The notes under the pieces were generated by a model. It was not told the DNA's origin. It was given only the letters and a program-made list of their open reading frames with translations, and searched no databases. Shown here one piece after another: positions 23,627-36,399 of a stretch of DNA of 64,000 bases. This DNA is from Escherichia coli (lineage in GTDB: Bacteria; Pseudomonadota; Gammaproteobacteria; Enterobacterales; Enterobacteriaceae), in assembly GCF_045037415.1 (NCBI RefSeq), contig NZ_CP173438.1; one strand, written 5' to 3'. The position numbers and the translations under genes are program-made. The stretch's first letter is position 1; every line of letters starts with the position of its first letter.

Positions 23627-24538
23627 CTATCCTTTAATTTTCGGATCCAGCGCATCGCGTAAACCATCGCCCAACAAATTGAACGCCAGTACGGTCAGAA
23701 AAATAGCCAGGGCCGGAAATACAGCGACATGCGGCGCGATAACCATATCCGCTCGTGCCTCATTGAGCATTGCACCCCACTCTGGTGTCGGCGGCTGCGC
23801 ACCGAGGCCGAGAAATGACAGGCTGGCGGCAGAGATAATCGAGGTGCCAATGCGCATGGTGAAAAACACCACGATAGAAGAGACGGTCCCAGGCAAGATA
23901 TGACGCAACAAAATGGTCATATCGCTGGCACCAATACTGCGTGCTGACTCGATAAAGGTTTGCTGTTTCAACACCAGCGTGTTGCCGCGCACCAGCCGGG
24001 CAAACGCGGGGATGGAAAAAATGGCGACTGCGATAATCACGTTAGCAATGCCGCTTCCCAACACCGCAACAACAGCGATCGCCAGTAAAATACCCGGGAA
24101 GGCAAACAGCACATCGCAAATGCGCATGATCAGCCGATCCCACCAGCCTTCATAATATCCAGCCAGCAAGCCCAGCAACGTCCCGATCGCCGCACCGATA
24201 AACACGGCAAACACGCCCGCCGCCAGCGAGATTTGCGCACCAACCAGGACACGGCTGAAAATGTCGCGCCCCAGTGAATCGACACCAAACCAGTGCTGCA
24301 AAGAAGGTCCGTTATTCAGATTGTCATAATCAAAATAATTTTCGGCGTCATAGGGAGCGATCCAGCGTGCAAAAATGGCCACCACAATCAATAAAATAAC
24401 GAACAATGCGGCGGTCATCGCCATATGCTGACGGCGAAATCGTCGCCAGAATTCATGCCACGGTGTACGTACCTGGTCAGGTTTGACCAGTGGCATGGCG
24501 TTTAACACCGCCTGACGTCGCCAGTTAAATAGTCGCAT
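23627..24538 (-). CDS. gsiD: Glutathione ABC transporter permease GsiD
   Basis: ORF track 303 aa; Opp/Dpp-type permease. Confidence 0.94.
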   Translation of the reverse strand: MRLFNWRRQAVLNAMPLVKPDQVRTPWHEFWRRFRRQHMAMTAALFVILLIVVAIFARWIAPYDAENYFDYDNLNNGPSLQHWFGVDSLGRDIFSRVLVGAQISLAAGVFAVFIGAAIGTLLGLLAGYYEGWWDRLIMRICDVLFAFPGILLAIAVVAVLGSGIANVIIAVAIFSIPAFARLVRGNTLVLKQQTFIESARSIGASDMTILLRHILPGTVSSIVVFFTMRIGTSIISAASLSFLGLGAQPPTPEWGAMLNEARADMVIAPHVAVFPALAIFLTVLAFNLLGDGLRDALDPKIKG

Positions 24539-24540
24539 CC

Positions 24541-25461
24541 TTACTTGTACCTGATAGCCGGGTTAATGGCGGCGTAAAGCACATCCACCACTAAGTTGAT
24601 AAGAATAAATTCCAGCGAGAAAAGCAGAATTTCCGCCTGAATCACTGGGTAATCGCGCATTTCTACGGAGTCAACGAGTAAGCGTCCAAGTCCGGGCCAG
24701 TTGAAAACTTTCTCCACCACGATGGAACCACCGAGCAAGAAGCCAAACTGTAAGCCCATCATGGTCACTACCGGGATCATCGCGTTGCGTAGCCCGTGTT
24801 TGAGGACAACCCAGGTTTCGCTCACCCCTTTCGCCCTCGCGGTACGCATATAATCTTCGCTTAAAACGTCGACAAACGACGCGCGGGTAAAGCGCGCCAT
24901 CACGGCGGCCACTGCCGCGCCGAGCGTCAGGGAGGGTAAAATGTAGTGCTGCCAACTGTCTGCTCCCACGGTAGGCAGCCAGCCCAGTTCAACGGAGAAT
25001 ACCTGAATTAAAAGTATCCCCAGAGCAAATGCCGGAAACGAGATCCCCGACACCGCAATGGTCATACTCAATCGATCCGGCCAACGGTTACGCCAGACGG
25101 CGGCGATAATTCCCGCCGCCATACCAAATATCACCGCCCAGACCATACTGGTTATGGTCAGCCAGAGCGTTGGCATAAAGCGGCTGGCAATCTCATCGGC
25201 AACCGGACGACGCGACACCATCGACAGGCCAAAATCCCCCTGCACAGCATTGCTGATATAGTGCCAGAACTGGTGATACAGCGGCTGATCCAACCCCAAC
25301 TGCTGACGCACCAGTTCTATAACCTGCGCATCAGCTTCGGGCCCGGCAATCAATCGCGCCGGATCGCCGGGCAGCATATGGACAAATAAAAACACCAGCA
25401 CCGAGACGATAAACAGCGTCGGAATCAACCCCAGTAAGCGTTTGATAACGTAATTAAGCAT
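24541..25461 (-). CDS. gsiC: Glutathione ABC transporter permease GsiC
   Basis: ORF track 306 aa [24 protein letters not shown]...; Opp/Dpp-type permease. Confidence 0.94.
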   Translation of the reverse strand: MLNYVIKRLLGLIPTLFIVSVLVFLFVHMLPGDPARLIAGPEADAQVIELVRQQLGLDQPLYHQFWHYISNAVQGDFGLSMVSRRPVADEIASRFMPTLWLTITSMVWAVIFGMAAGIIAAVWRNRWPDRLSMTIAVSGISFPAFALGILLIQVFSVELGWLPTVGADSWQHYILPSLTLGAAVAAVMARFTRASFVDVLSEDYMRTARAKGVSETWVVLKHGLRNAMIPVVTMMGLQFGFLLGGSIVVEKVFNWPGLGRLLVDSVEMRDYPVIQAEILLFSLEFILINLVVDVLYAAINPAIRYK

Positions 25462-25478
25462 TCCACTCCCTGCGTTGC

Positions 25479-27017
25479 TTATTGCAAATCCGCGTCTTCA
25501 AAGCTGAAGCCGGTGTCTGGCATGATCCAAAAACCGGTCAGGTTTTTACTGTGTGCCGACACCAGTTTTTCTACCACCAGCGGGATCCACGGCGACTCTT
25601 GCCAGATGATATCCTGCGCCGCCTTATACAAGCGGGTCTTTTCCGCCGGATCATTAGTTTTCAGTGCCTGAGCCAGGAAGTCATCCACCTGTTTATTGCT
25701 GTAAAACGCGGTATTAAACAGCGTTGGTGGCCAGTTCTGCGAGGCAAACAGCGGCGATAGAGCCCAGTCGGCTTCGCCGGTTGAAGCCGACCAGCCAGTG
25801 TAGAACATCCGCACGCAGCTCTCTTTTTGCCCTTTACCTTCAACTTCTGCCGCCCGCTGTCCGGCATCCATCGCAGTCACCTGGGCTTTAATCCCAACCT
25901 GCGCTAACTGCTGCTGGGTAAATTGCAGCACTTTCTGCGCGGTGCTGTGGTTATGTGACGACCACAGCGTGGTACTGAAACCGTTGGGATATCCCGCCTC
26001 TTTCAGTAATTCGCGCGCTTTCACTGGATCGTAAGGCCACGGTTTATAACTTTGCGCGTAGGCGATACTCGGCGGTACCACACCAGTAGCTGGCGTTGCA
26101 TAGCCCGCGAAGGCCACTTTCACCAGCGCCGGGCGGTTAATGGCGTAATTCAGCGCCTCACGGACCTTCGGGTTATCGAACGGCTTTTGCGTCACGTTCA
26201 TACTGATATAACGCTGCATAATTGACGGACTGGCCATCAACTCGATATTTTTGTTTTTCTCCAGCAGTGCGGCCTGCTCGTAGGGAATGGGGAAAGCAAA
26301 CTGCGCTTCACCGGTTTGCAGCATTGCCGCGCGGGTGTTGTTATCCGCCACCGGACGCCAGGTTATGCTGTCCAGTTTGGGCAATCCTGGCTGCCAGTAA
26401 CCCGCGAATTTTTTCACCTTCACAAAATCGGTCTGATTCCAGGTATCCAGTTCATACGGCCCGGTTCCCACCGGATGAAAACCAATCTCCTTGCCATATT
26501 TTTCCAGCGCTGCCGGTGATATCATCGCGGTCGCCGGATGGGCAAGAATATTAATAAACGCTGAGAATGGCTGTTTGAGGGTAATCTTTACCGTTGTCGG
26601 ATCGATCGCTTCCGTTTTGGCGATATTCTTATACAGGTTATAGCGTTTAAGATGATTCGCCGGATCGCTGGCCCGGTCCAGATTCGCTTTCACCGCCGCT
26701 GCGTTGAAATCGGTGCCATCCTGGAATTTAATGCCTTCCCGCAATTTCACGGTGTAAGTAAGGCCGTCATCGGAAACGGTGTAACTCTCCGCCAGCACGT
26801 TTTTCAGTTTCATCTCTTTATCCAGACCGAACAGCCCCTGGTAAAACGATTTCGCTACGGCCTGAGATAACGTGTCATTTGCGTCATACGGATCGAGCGT
26901 GGTGAAGTTCGATCCCACCGCCACCACCACCTCTTTGGCAGCGAATGCACAAGATGCCATCAACGCTGTCGCAATGCCCAGCGCCACTAACCCACTACGG
27001 TGTACAGCTCTTGCCAT
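25479..27017 (-). CDS. gsiB: Glutathione-binding periplasmic protein GsiB
   Basis: ORF track 25479..27284(-); internal ATG gives 512 aa [26 protein letters not shown]... with signal peptide; family 5 solute-binding protein. Confidence 0.92.
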   Translation of the reverse strand: MARAVHRSGLVALGIATALMASCAFAAKEVVVAVGSNFTTLDPYDANDTLSQAVAKSFYQGLFGLDKEMKLKNVLAESYTVSDDGLTYTVKLREGIKFQDGTDFNAAAVKANLDRASDPANHLKRYNLYKNIAKTEAIDPTTVKITLKQPFSAFINILAHPATAMISPAALEKYGKEIGFHPVGTGPYELDTWNQTDFVKVKKFAGYWQPGLPKLDSITWRPVADNNTRAAMLQTGEAQFAFPIPYEQAALLEKNKNIELMASPSIMQRYISMNVTQKPFDNPKVREALNYAINRPALVKVAFAGYATPATGVVPPSIAYAQSYKPWPYDPVKARELLKEAGYPNGFSTTLWSSHNHSTAQKVLQFTQQQLAQVGIKAQVTAMDAGQRAAEVEGKGQKESCVRMFYTGWSASTGEADWALSPLFASQNWPPTLFNTAFYSNKQVDDFLAQALKTNDPAEKTRLYKAAQDIIWQESPWIPLVVEKLVSAHSKNLTGFWIMPDTGFSFEDADLQ

Positions 27018-27036
27018 TTTATTCTCCGCCTGAATG

Positions 27037-28908
27037 TTATCTACGCATGAATGCGTATTCTGATTGTGGTTGTGCGACGTAATGCCCCGGCCCGACGCAT
27101 TGCAACGAGACGGCTGCAACCTCTTCGCCACGCAGATGAATATTGCTGGGAAGATCGTCCGACAGCAGTACACGCTGCGGTCGTTGTCGGGACGGTTCAG
27201 CGACCGGAACTGCCGCCAGTAATTTACGCGTATAAGGATGCTGCGGATTTTCAAAGACCGCGCGCCGTGGACCAATTTCAACAATTTGCCCGAGATACAT
27301 CACCGCCACACGATGACTAATCCGCTCAACCACGGCCATATCGTGGGAGATAAACAGATACGCAATGCCGAAATCACGCTGGAGATCGAGCAACAAGTTG
27401 ATAATCTGCCCGCGAATAGAAACATCCAGCGCCGAGACGGCTTCGTCGGCAATGATCACTTTTGGATTCAATGCCAACGCGCGAGCAATGCAGATGCGCT
27501 GGCGCTGACCGCCGGAAAACTCATGTGGGTAACGCCAGGCATGTTCCGGTAACAGGCCCACGCGCTCCAGCAACCACGCAACGCGTGCAGCCGCTTCTTT
27601 ACCTGGCAATAAACCGTGTACGCGCAGCGGTTCGAGAATCGAATCACCGATAGTCTGACGTGGGTCCAGCGAAGCGTAAGGGTCCTGAAAAATAAACTGA
27701 ATATCGCGGCGCAATGCCTGAAGTTTACCGGGTGACAAGGTATCGATTCGCTGACCGTTAAAGATAATTTCGCCGCCCTGCGATTCGACCAGGCGCAACA
27801 ACGCCCGCCCGGTAGTGGATTTACCGCTGCCAGACTCGCCCACCAGCGATAGCGTTTCGCCAGGCCAGAGATCAAAACTGACTTTCTCAACGGCATGCAC
27901 TTCCCGCGTTACGCGATTCAACAAACCGCTGCGCAAAGGGAAACGGGTGACCAGATTACGCACCCGTAAAACAGGTTCGCCATCCACCACCGTTTTCTGC
28001 TCGATGGATGACTCCTGTTTCGCTGGATGTTCAAGCGATATCAATGGGAAACGTCGGGGATAATCTAACCCTTTCATCGCACCAAGTTGCGGAACAGCAG
28101 CTAACAGCGCACGGGTATAAGGATGTTGCGGTGCATGAAAAATCTGTTCGACGCTACCCGTTTCCACCGCCTCGCCCTGATACATCACCAGTACCCGATC
28201 GGCAATCTCTGCCACCACACCCATATCGTGAGTGATAAAGATAACGCCCATCGACATCTCTTTTTGCAATACTTTGATTAATTGCAGGATCTGCGCCTGA
28301 ATAGTGACATCCAGCGCGGTGGTTGGCTCATCGGCAATCAGCACCGCCGGGCGGCATGACAGCGCCATCGCAATCATCACTCGCTGGCGCATCCCGCCAG
28401 AGAGTTGATGCGGATAACGTGAAAGAATGGTTTGTGCCTCCGGAATGCGTACCTGATCCAGCATCCGCTTCGCCTCGACCATCGCTTCTTCACGACTGGC
28501 GTTCTGATGCAGACGAATAGATTCAGCAATCTGTTCACCCACAGTAAATACCGGGTTCAGCGATGTCATCGGCTCCTGAAATATCATCGCCATATCCGCA
28601 CCGCGCACATGGCGCATTTGTGCAGCGCTCTGCTCGCTAAGTTCAATTACTTCGCGACTGCGCCGCTGCAACAGCATTTTATCGCACTGCACTAAACCGC
28701 CCGCCTGTTCCAACAGGCGCATCAATGCCAGCGCAGTCACTGACTTACCGGAGCCGGATTCGCCAACAATTGCCAGCGTCTCACCACGTTGCAGGCTAAA
28801 AGAGAGATTGCGGACCGCAGCTATTTTCTGCTGCTCCTGCATAAAGGCAATATTCAGATTTTCAACCGCCAGCACATCACCGGCATCAAGTTCATCACTG
28901 TGTGGCAA
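27037..28908 (-). CDS. gsiA: Glutathione ABC transporter ATP-binding protein GsiA (tandem ABC domains)
   Basis: ORF track 27037..29016(-); two Walker A motifs (GESGSGKS twice) and two LSGG signatures; no in-frame ATG before PHSDELD, so start inferred at TTG 28906-28908 (623 aa); start uncertain. Confidence 0.88.
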   Translation of the reverse strand: MPHSDELDAGDVLAVENLNIAFMQEQQKIAAVRNLSFSLQRGETLAIVGESGSGKSVTALALMRLLEQAGGLVQCDKMLLQRRSREVIELSEQSAAQMRHVRGADMAMIFQEPMTSLNPVFTVGEQIAESIRLHQNASREEAMVEAKRMLDQVRIPEAQTILSRYPHQLSGGMRQRVMIAMALSCRPAVLIADEPTTALDVTIQAQILQLIKVLQKEMSMGVIFITHDMGVVAEIADRVLVMYQGEAVETGSVEQIFHAPQHPYTRALLAAVPQLGAMKGLDYPRRFPLISLEHPAKQESSIEQKTVVDGEPVLRVRNLVTRFPLRSGLLNRVTREVHAVEKVSFDLWPGETLSLVGESGSGKSTTGRALLRLVESQGGEIIFNGQRIDTLSPGKLQALRRDIQFIFQDPYASLDPRQTIGDSILEPLRVHGLLPGKEAAARVAWLLERVGLLPEHAWRYPHEFSGGQRQRICIARALALNPKVIIADEAVSALDVSIRGQIINLLLDLQRDFGIAYLFISHDMAVVERISHRVAVMYLGQIVEIGPRRAVFENPQHPYTRKLLAAVPVAEPSRQRPQRVLLSDDLPSNIHLRGEEVAAVSLQCVGPGHYVAQPQSEYAFMRR

Positions 28909-29860
28909 CGGTGTCCCCTTTTTCACGGTAGATACCGGTGGTTGGCGTATCGCCTGCGTAGCCCCAGGCGCGATACATTCCTTCGGTGTTAAACGGTAGC
29001 GCGACATTCCCTTCATGGTCGATAGCGATTAAGCCACCGCTACCGCCAAGCGCAGGGAGTTTTTCCATTACTACCCGCTCGCAGGCTTCCGCGAGACTTA
29101 ATCCGCCGTAATCCATTAACGCGGCGATATCATATGCCGCCAGCGCGCGGATGAAGACTTCGCCCGTACCGGTACAGGAAACCGCCACACTGGCGTTATT
29201 GGCATAGCATCCGGCCCCCACTAAGGGACTATCGCCAACTCGTCCGGGTAATTTATTGGTCATTCCGCCCGTGGACGTGGCTGCCGCCAGATTGCCGTCT
29301 AAATCCAACGCCACGGCCCCTACGGTGCCCATTTTCTGTTTTTCATCCAGTGGCGCACCGCTATGGTCGAGGACTGTTGCCCCTTCCTCGCGCGCTGCCA
29401 TTAGTTGTTCATAACGCAAAGGTGTGGAGAAAATCTCCGGCGAGACGCGCTCCATGCCATGAGCAAACGCAAAATTTTCTGCCCCTTCGCCAATCATCAT
29501 CACATGCGGGCTTTGCTCCATCACCAGCCGGGCGGCAAGAACCGGATTACGCAGATGACTAACGCCCGCCACCGCACCGGCTTTCAGGGTGTTACCATCC
29601 ATCAGACAGGCGTCCAGTTCATGGGTTTCATCACGCGTAAAGACAGCGCCAATTCCGGCGTTAAACAGTGGACACTCTTCCAGCAGACGCACCGCTTCCG
29701 TCACCACATCCAGCGCACTTTCGCCCGCTACCAGCATTTTCTGCCCGGTTTCAACAATGGCAGACAACGCCTCGATGTAGCGTAATTCCTGTTGCAGACT
29801 CATCTGCGCGCGGCTAATTGCACCTGCGCCACCATGAATTGCAATGACTGCTTTGCCCAT
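28895..29860 (-). CDS. iaaA: Isoaspartyl peptidase / L-asparaginase IaaA (Ntn hydrolase)
   Basis: ORF track 321 aa [19 protein letters not shown]...; GTVGAVALD autoproteolysis site; 3-prime end overlaps gsiA start. Confidence 0.94.
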   Translation of the reverse strand: MGKAVIAIHGGAGAISRAQMSLQQELRYIEALSAIVETGQKMLVAGESALDVVTEAVRLLEECPLFNAGIGAVFTRDETHELDACLMDGNTLKAGAVAGVSHLRNPVLAARLVMEQSPHVMMIGEGAENFAFAHGMERVSPEIFSTPLRYEQLMAAREEGATVLDHSGAPLDEKQKMGTVGAVALDLDGNLAAATSTGGMTNKLPGRVGDSPLVGAGCYANNASVAVSCTGTGEVFIRALAAYDIAALMDYGGLSLAEACERVVMEKLPALGGSGGLIAIDHEGNVALPFNTEGMYRAWGYAGDTPTTGIYREKGDTVATQ

Positions 29861-30063
29861 AGTATTCGTCCATTAAGAGTGGCTCGCCACTTTTGCTATA
29901 AATATCAGAATTTTTATGAATGACTCATTCAATTTTTGAATATAGAAAGATGGATATGGCATGTAAAGGCAGGAGCCAGCGCTACGCCCGAGGTGGCATA
30001 CAGTCTGTGGCGTTTTTCTGACATAATAGGCAAATTCGATTTTGCCTCCGCAGGAGTGTTTTC

Positions 30064-31299
30064 ATGGAATTTACCACCGGATTGATGTCGCTCGACACCG
30101 CGCTTAATGAGATGCTTTCTCGCGTTACCCCACTGACCGCCCAGGAAACGCTGCCACTGGTTCAGTGTTTTGGCCGTATTCTGGCGAGCGATGTCGTTTC
30201 GCCACTGGATGTCCCGGGGTTTGATAACTCCGCTATGGACGGCTACGCGGTGCGTTTAGCCGATATTGCCTCCGGGCAACCGCTGCCCGTTGCTGGTAAA
30301 TCCTTTGCCGGTCAGCCGTACCATGGTGAATGGCCTGCGGGTACCTGCATTCGTATTATGACCGGTGCGCCGGTGCCGGAAGGCTGCGAAGCGGTGGTGA
30401 TGCAGGAGCAGACTGAACAAACGGACAATGGCGTGCGTTTTACTGCTGAAGCGCGTAGCGGGCAAAATATTCGCCGTCGCGGTGAAGATATCTCTGCAGG
30501 TGCGGTTGTTTTCCCGGCGGGGACTCGCCTGACTACCGCTGAACTGCCAGTGATTGCTTCGCTAGGGATTGCCGAAGTTCCGGTGATTCGTAAAGTGCGT
30601 GTAGCGCTTTTTTCTACCGGTGATGAACTCCAGTTGCCCGGTCAGCCGCTGGGCGACGGCCAAATCTACGATACCAACCGTCTCGCCGTACACCTGATGT
30701 TAGAACAGTTGGGATGCGAGGTAATCAACTTAGGGATTATCCGCGACGATCCCCATGCCCTGCGCGCCGCATTTATTGAAGCCGACAGCCAGGCGGATGT
30801 GGTGATCAGTTCCGGCGGTGTTTCAGTGGGTGAAGCGGATTACACCAAAACGATTCTTGAAGAGCTGGGGGAGATCGCCTTCTGGAAACTGGCGATTAAA
30901 CCGGGTAAACCGTTCGCGTTCGGTAAACTTTCTAATAGTTGGTTCTGCGGCCTGCCGGGCAACCCGGTTTCAGCGACGCTGACCTTCTATCAACTGGTAC
31001 AGCCTTTGCTGGCAAAACTAAGCGGCAATACCGCCAGCGGCCTGCCCGCGCGCCAGCGTGTACGCACGGCATCGCCTCTGAAGAAATCGCCAGGACGCCT
31101 TGATTTCCAGCGCGGCGTGCTGCAACGCAACGCCGATGGCGAACTGGAAGTGACGACCACCGGACATCAGGGTTCACATATATTTAGCTCCTTTAGCCTC
31201 GGCAACTGCTTTATCGTGCTGGAACGCGATCGCGGCAATGTGGAAGTGGGCGAATGGGTGGAAGTAGAACCGTTTAACGCGTTGTTCGGAGGCCTGTAA
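30064..31299 (+). CDS. moeA: Molybdopterin molybdenumtransferase MoeA
   Basis: ORF track 411 aa [24 protein letters not shown]... Confidence 0.96.
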   Translation: MEFTTGLMSLDTALNEMLSRVTPLTAQETLPLVQCFGRILASDVVSPLDVPGFDNSAMDGYAVRLADIASGQPLPVAGKSFAGQPYHGEWPAGTCIRIMTGAPVPEGCEAVVMQEQTEQTDNGVRFTAEARSGQNIRRRGEDISAGAVVFPAGTRLTTAELPVIASLGIAEVPVIRKVRVALFSTGDELQLPGQPLGDGQIYDTNRLAVHLMLEQLGCEVINLGIIRDDPHALRAAFIEADSQADVVISSGGVSVGEADYTKTILEELGEIAFWKLAIKPGKPFAFGKLSNSWFCGLPGNPVSATLTFYQLVQPLLAKLSGNTASGLPARQRVRTASPLKKSPGRLDFQRGVLQRNADGELEVTTTGHQGSHIFSSFSLGNCFIVLERDRGNVEVGEWVEVEPFNALFGGL

Positions 31300-32048
31300 T
31301 GGCGGAACTCAGCGATCAGGAGATGCTGCGCTACAACCGGCAAATCATTCTGCGCGGTTTTGATTTTGACGGTCAGGAAGCATTGAAAGATTCTCGCGTG
31401 CTGGTCGTCGGCCTTGGTGGACTCGGCTGCGCAGCTTCGCAGTATCTGGCAAGCGCCGGTGTCGGCAACCTGACGCTGCTCGACTTCGACACGGTTTCGC
31501 TCTCCAATCTGCAACGCCAGACGCTGCACAGTGATGCCACGGTCGGGCAACCAAAGGTGGAATCCGCCCGTGACGCCCTGACGCGGATCAACCCACATAT
31601 CGCGATTACGCCAGTCAATGCGCTGCTTGATGACGCTGAACTTGCTGCGATGATTGCAAAACACGATCTGGTGCTCGACTGTACGGATAACGTTGCAGTA
31701 CGTAATCAACTGAACGCAGGCTGTTTTGCCGCGAAGGTGCCGCTGGTTTCCGGCGCGGCAATTCGTATGGAAGGGCAAATCACGGTCTTCACTTATCAGG
31801 ACGGCGAACCGTGCTATCGCTGCCTTAGCCGTTTGTTTGGCGAGAACGCGTTAACCTGCGTAGAAGCAGGCGTGATGGCACCGTTAATCGGCGTAATTGG
31901 TTCGTTGCAGGCAATGGAAGCGATCAAACTGCTGGCAGGTTATGGCAAACCAGCCAGCGGGAAAATCGTGATGTACGATGCGATGACCTGTCAGTTTCGC
32001 GAAATGAAACTGATGCGCAATCCGGGGTGTGAGGTGTGCGGGCAGTAA
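31299..32048 (+). CDS. moeB: Molybdopterin-synthase adenylyltransferase MoeB (ThiF family)
   Basis: ORF track 249 aa; GLGGLG nucleotide-binding motif; C-terminal CxxC pairs (CYRC, CEVCG); start overlaps moeA stop. Confidence 0.96.
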   Translation: MAELSDQEMLRYNRQIILRGFDFDGQEALKDSRVLVVGLGGLGCAASQYLASAGVGNLTLLDFDTVSLSNLQRQTLHSDATVGQPKVESARDALTRINPHIAITPVNALLDDAELAAMIAKHDLVLDCTDNVAVRNQLNAGCFAAKVPLVSGAAIRMEGQITVFTYQDGEPCYRCLSRLFGENALTCVEAGVMAPLIGVIGSLQAMEAIKLLAGYGKPASGKIVMYDAMTCQFREMKLMRNPGCEVCGQ

Positions 32049-32123
32049 CTGCCACCTCCAGGCCAGATAAGACGCGGCACTCCGCCACGTCATCAGCAAT
32101 TTATGAGGATGCAGAACGTCCGG

Positions 32124-32786
32124 TTAAATCGACGTTCTGCCAAACGCTCCCTGCCAGTCCTGCTCAAACTTCGCCACAGCGGCATCAACCGCCGGATAGC
32201 TAATCATCTGTTGTGCCACATCCAGTGGCAGAGTAATTGATTCACACCCTGCCAGTAAGCAGTCCAGCGCCTGACGCGGGGTTTTGAAACTCGCGGCTAA
32301 CACTTTCGCCTGCGGCGCATGCATTTTCAATAACTGGTGTAAGTCGGTCACAGTCTGAATACCGCTACCGCCCTGAGCATCAATACGATTAACGTAAGGC
32401 GCAACATATTCCGCACCTGCCAGCGCCGACAGTAGCCCTTGTGCTGCGCCATATACCGCGGTTCCCAGCGTCGGAATCCCTTCCGCTTTTAACATCTTAA
32501 TAGCTGCCAGCCCCTCTGCGGTCACCGGAACTTTCACCACGATATCCGCAATAATAGAACGCAATTTACGTGCGTCATTCACCATCCCTTCAGCAGTGGT
32601 AGCCATTACCTGGGCAAACAGACGCCCCTGACCGCCCATCGCCTCGTGAAGTTGCGGAAGCACAACCTCCAGCGGTTTTTTACCCACTGCGATAATGCTT
32701 GGGTTAGTGGTTACACCCGCCAGCGGAAAAATACGTGACAGCGCCTTCACCGCAACAACGTCTGAAGTATCCAGATACAGTTCCAT
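32124..32786 (-). CDS. fsaA: Fructose-6-phosphate aldolase 1 (FsaA / MipB)
   Basis: ORF track 32124..32927(-); internal ATG gives 220 aa [32 protein letters not shown]... (transaldolase-like fold). Confidence 0.93.
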   Translation of the reverse strand: MELYLDTSDVVAVKALSRIFPLAGVTTNPSIIAVGKKPLEVVLPQLHEAMGGQGRLFAQVMATTAEGMVNDARKLRSIIADIVVKVPVTAEGLAAIKMLKAEGIPTLGTAVYGAAQGLLSALAGAEYVAPYVNRIDAQGGSGIQTVTDLHQLLKMHAPQAKVLAASFKTPRQALDCLLAGCESITLPLDVAQQMISYPAVDAAVAKFEQDWQGAFGRTSI

Positions 32787-32916
32787 AACCATCCTCAAAA
32801 TGTACTTTTTGTCTGAATGTAGACTATCACGGGAAAACTCTCTGAACAGTTGACGCACATCAATCCAACTTTCATTCGAAAGTATTTTAATGTTTGAACG
32901 AAACAGAGAGGCAACT

Positions 32917-33816
32917 ATGATTTTCAATATTCAACGCTACTCGACCCATGATGGCCCCGGTATCCGCACGGTCGTATTTCTTAAAGGCTGTTCGCTGGGC
33001 TGCCGCTGGTGTCAGAACCCGGAAAGCCGCGCCCGCACGCAGGATCTGCTGTATGACCCACGACTCTGTCTGGAAGGCTGTGAGCTGTGCGCTAAGACCG
33101 CACCGGAAGTGATTGAGCGCGCGTTGAATGGTTTGCTTATTCATCGGGAAAAGTTAACCCCGGAGCATTTTACGGCGCTAACCGACTGCTGCCCGACACA
33201 GGCGTTAACCGTGTGTGGTGAAGTGAAAAGCGTTGAGGAGATCATGGCAACCGTTTTGCGCGATAAACCGTTTTACGATCGCAGCGGCGGCGGCTTAACA
33301 CTTTCTGGCGGAGAACCCTTTATGCAGCCGGAAATGGCGACAGCGCTACTGCAAGCCAGCCACGAAGCCGGTATTCATACTGCGGTAGAAACCTGTCTGC
33401 ATGTGCCGTGGAAATATATCGCCCCTTCTCTGTCCTATATTGATCTGTTTCTTGCCGATTTAAAACACGTTGCCGACGCGCCGTTTAAACAGTGGACCGA
33501 CGGTAACGCCGCCAGGGTGCTGGATAATCTGAAAAAACTCGCCGCAGCGGGCAAAAAAATCATTATCCGCGTGCCACTGATTCAGGGCTTTAATGCCGAC
33601 GAAACCTCTGTGAAAGCCATTACCGATTTTGCCGCCGACGAGCTGCACGTTAGCGAAATTCATTTCCTGCCCTACCACACGCTGGGCATCAACAAATATC
33701 ACTTACTTAATCTGCCCTATGACGCCCCGGAAAAACCGCTTGATGCGCCAGAACTGCTCGACTTTGCCCAGCAGTATGCCTGCCAGAAAGGGTTAACCGC
33801 GACCTTACGAGGATAA
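32917..33816 (+). CDS. ybiY: Glycyl-radical enzyme activating protein YbiY (PflE), radical SAM
   Basis: ORF track 32890..33816; ATG at 32917 has an AGAGAGG Shine-Dalgarno 6 nt upstream (299 aa [35 protein letters not shown]); the alternative ATG at 32890 lacks an SD. Confidence 0.88.
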   Translation: MIFNIQRYSTHDGPGIRTVVFLKGCSLGCRWCQNPESRARTQDLLYDPRLCLEGCELCAKTAPEVIERALNGLLIHREKLTPEHFTALTDCCPTQALTVCGEVKSVEEIMATVLRDKPFYDRSGGGLTLSGGEPFMQPEMATALLQASHEAGIHTAVETCLHVPWKYIAPSLSYIDLFLADLKHVADAPFKQWTDGNAARVLDNLKKLAAAGKKIIIRVPLIQGFNADETSVKAITDFAADELHVSEIHFLPYHTLGINKYHLLNLPYDAPEKPLDAPELLDFAQQYACQKGLTATLRG

Positions 33817-33821
33817 CAACC

Positions 33822-36254
33822 ATGACCACACTGAAACTGGACACGCTCAGCGATCGCATTAAAGCGCACAAAAATGCGCTGGTGCATATTGTGAAACCGC
33901 CGGTCTGTACCGAGCGCGCGCAGCACTATACCGAGATGTATCAACAACATCTCGATAAGCCGATCCCGGTACGTCGCGCGCTGGCACTGGCGCATCACCT
34001 GGCGAATCGCACCATCTGGATCAAACATGATGAATTGATCATTGGCAACCAGGCAAGCGAAGTTCGCGCCGCGCCGATCTTCCCGGAATATACCGTCTCC
34101 TGGATCGAAAAAGAGATTGATGATCTGGCAGATCGTCCCGGTGCTGGTTTTGCGGTGAGTGAAGAGAACAAACGCGTTCTGCATGAAGTGTGCCCGTGGT
34201 GGCGCGGTCAGACCGTACAGGATCGCTGCTACGGCATGTTTACCGATGAGCAAAAAGGTCTGCTGGCGACCGGCATCATTAAAGCGGAGGGCAATATGAC
34301 CTCCGGCGATGCGCACCTGGCGGTCAATTTCCCGCTACTGCTGGAAAAAGGTCTTGATGGTCTGCGTGAGAAAGTGGCGGAACGTCGCTCGCGCATCAAT
34401 CTGACGGTTCTGGAAGATCTGCACGGCGAGCAATTCCTGAAAGCGATTGATATCGTGCTGGTGGCAGTCAGTGAACACATTGAACGTTTCGCTGCCCTGG
34501 CGCGTGAAATGGCCGCGACCGAAACCCGCGAAAGCCGTCGCGATGAACTGCTGACGATAGCAGAAAACTGCGATCTTATCGCCCACCAGCCGCCGCAGAC
34601 TTTCTGGCAGGCGCTGCAACTGTGTTACTTCATCCAGTTGATTTTGCAGATTGAATCTAACGGTCACTCGGTATCGTTTGGTCGTATGGACCAGTATCTC
34701 TATCCATACTATCGCCGTGACGTTGAACTGAACCAGACACTGGATCGCGAACACGCCATCGAGATGCTGCATAGCTGCTGGTTGAAATTGCTGGAAGTGA
34801 ACAAAATCCGCTCCGGCTCACACTCAAAAGCCTCTGCGGGAAGTCCGCTGTATCAGAACGTCACCATTGGCGGGCAAAATCTGGTTGATGGTCAACCGAT
34901 GGACGCGGTAAATCCACTCTCTTATGCGATCCTCGAATCTTGCGGTCGCCTGCGTTCGACTCAGCCTAACCTCAGCGTGCGTTACCATGCGGGTATGAGT
35001 AACGATTTCCTCGACGCCTGTGTTCAGGTGATCCGCTGCGGCTTCGGGATGCCGGCGTTCAACAACGACGAAATCGTCATCCCGGAATTTATTAAACTCG
35101 GTATTGAACCGCAGGACGCTTACGACTACGCAGCAATTGGTTGTATCGAAACCGCCGTCGGTGGCAAATGGGGCTATCGCTGTACCGGCATGAGCTTTAT
35201 CAACTTCGCCCGCGTGATGCTGGCGGCGCTGGAAGGCGGTCGTGATGCCACCAGCGGCAAAGTGTTCCTGCCACAAGAAAAAGCGTTGTCAGCGGGTAAC
35301 TTCAACAACTTCGATGAAGTAATGGACGCATGGGATACGCAAATCCGTTACTACACGCGTAAATCAATCGAAATCGAATATGTCGTCGACACCATGCTGG
35401 AAGAGAACGTACACGATATTCTCTGCTCGGCGCTGGTCGATGACTGTATTGAGCGAGCGAAAAGTATTAAGCAAGGCGGCGCGAAATATGACTGGGTTTC
35501 TGGCCTGCAGGTCGGCATTGCTAACCTCGGCAACAGCCTGGCGGCAGTGAAGAAACTGGTATTTGAACAGGGCGCGATTGGTCAGCAACAGCTGGCTGCC
35601 GCACTGGCGGATGACTTCGACGGTCTGACTCACGAGCAGCTGCGTCAGCGGCTGATTAACGGTGCGCCTAAGTACGGCAACGACGATGATACTGTCGATA
35701 CGCTGCTGGCTCGCGCTTATCAGACCTATATCGACGAACTAAAACAGTACCATAACCCACGCTACGGTCGTGGTCCGGTTGGCGGCAACTATTACGCGGG
35801 TACGTCGTCTATCTCCGCTAACGTACCCTTTGGCGCGCAGACTATGGCAACACCGGACGGGCGTAAAGCGCATACCCCGCTGGCAGAAGGCGCTAGTCCG
35901 GCCTCCGGTACTGACCATCTCGGCCCAACGGCGGTCATTGGCTCAGTAGGTAAACTGCCTACGGCCGCGATTCTCGGCGGCGTGCTGCTCAACCAGAAAC
36001 TGAATCCAGCAACGCTGGAGAACGAATCTGACAAGCAGAAACTGATGATCCTGCTGCGCACCTTCTTTGAAGTGCATAAAGGCTGGCATATTCAGTACAA
36101 CATCGTTTCCCGCGAGACGCTGCTGGAGGCGAAAAAACATCCGGATCAGTATCGCGATCTGGTAGTGCGCGTCGCGGGCTATTCCGCCTTCTTCACCGCG
36201 CTCTCTCCAGACGCTCAGGACGATATCATCGCCCGTACTGAACATATGCTGTAA
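33822..36254 (+). CDS. ybiW: Glycyl radical enzyme YbiW (PflF), pyruvate formate-lyase-like, substrate not inferable from sequence
   Basis: ORF track 810 aa; C-terminal glycyl radical signature VRVAGYSAFF; immediately downstream of its activase ybiY. Confidence 0.94.
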   Translation: MTTLKLDTLSDRIKAHKNALVHIVKPPVCTERAQHYTEMYQQHLDKPIPVRRALALAHHLANRTIWIKHDELIIGNQASEVRAAPIFPEYTVSWIEKEIDDLADRPGAGFAVSEENKRVLHEVCPWWRGQTVQDRCYGMFTDEQKGLLATGIIKAEGNMTSGDAHLAVNFPLLLEKGLDGLREKVAERRSRINLTVLEDLHGEQFLKAIDIVLVAVSEHIERFAALAREMAATETRESRRDELLTIAENCDLIAHQPPQTFWQALQLCYFIQLILQIESNGHSVSFGRMDQYLYPYYRRDVELNQTLDREHAIEMLHSCWLKLLEVNKIRSGSHSKASAGSPLYQNVTIGGQNLVDGQPMDAVNPLSYAILESCGRLRSTQPNLSVRYHAGMSNDFLDACVQVIRCGFGMPAFNNDEIVIPEFIKLGIEPQDAYDYAAIGCIETAVGGKWGYRCTGMSFINFARVMLAALEGGRDATSGKVFLPQEKALSAGNFNNFDEVMDAWDTQIRYYTRKSIEIEYVVDTMLEENVHDILCSALVDDCIERAKSIKQGGAKYDWVSGLQVGIANLGNSLAAVKKLVFEQGAIGQQQLAAALADDFDGLTHEQLRQRLINGAPKYGNDDDTVDTLLARAYQTYIDELKQYHNPRYGRGPVGGNYYAGTSSISANVPFGAQTMATPDGRKAHTPLAEGASPASGTDHLGPTAVIGSVGKLPTAAILGGVLLNQKLNPATLENESDKQKLMILLRTFFEVHKGWHIQYNIVSRETLLEAKKHPDQYRDLVVRVAGYSAFFTALSPDAQDDIIARTEHML

Positions 36255-36399
36255 TCTTCTCAGCCCGGCGGCGGCGTCGCCGGGCTAAATCATTCACATC
36301 ATCAATTTCAGCCTCGCTTTCATTCGAAATATAATTTGTGCTCTGCGTCACATTGTTATTACACTGTTACGGTTTCATTTTCGAGCCAGGAGCACACCT

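Noticed and set aside
25479-27284. Long N-terminal extensions in the ORF track (gsiB 601 aa, gsiA 659 aa, fsaA 267 aa, dps 214 aa, potF 418 aa, rlmF 338 aa, mcbA 134 aa)
   Set aside because: The extensions lack signal peptides or conserved domains and run into upstream regulatory regions; internal starts give proteins with proper N-termini and the expected lengths.
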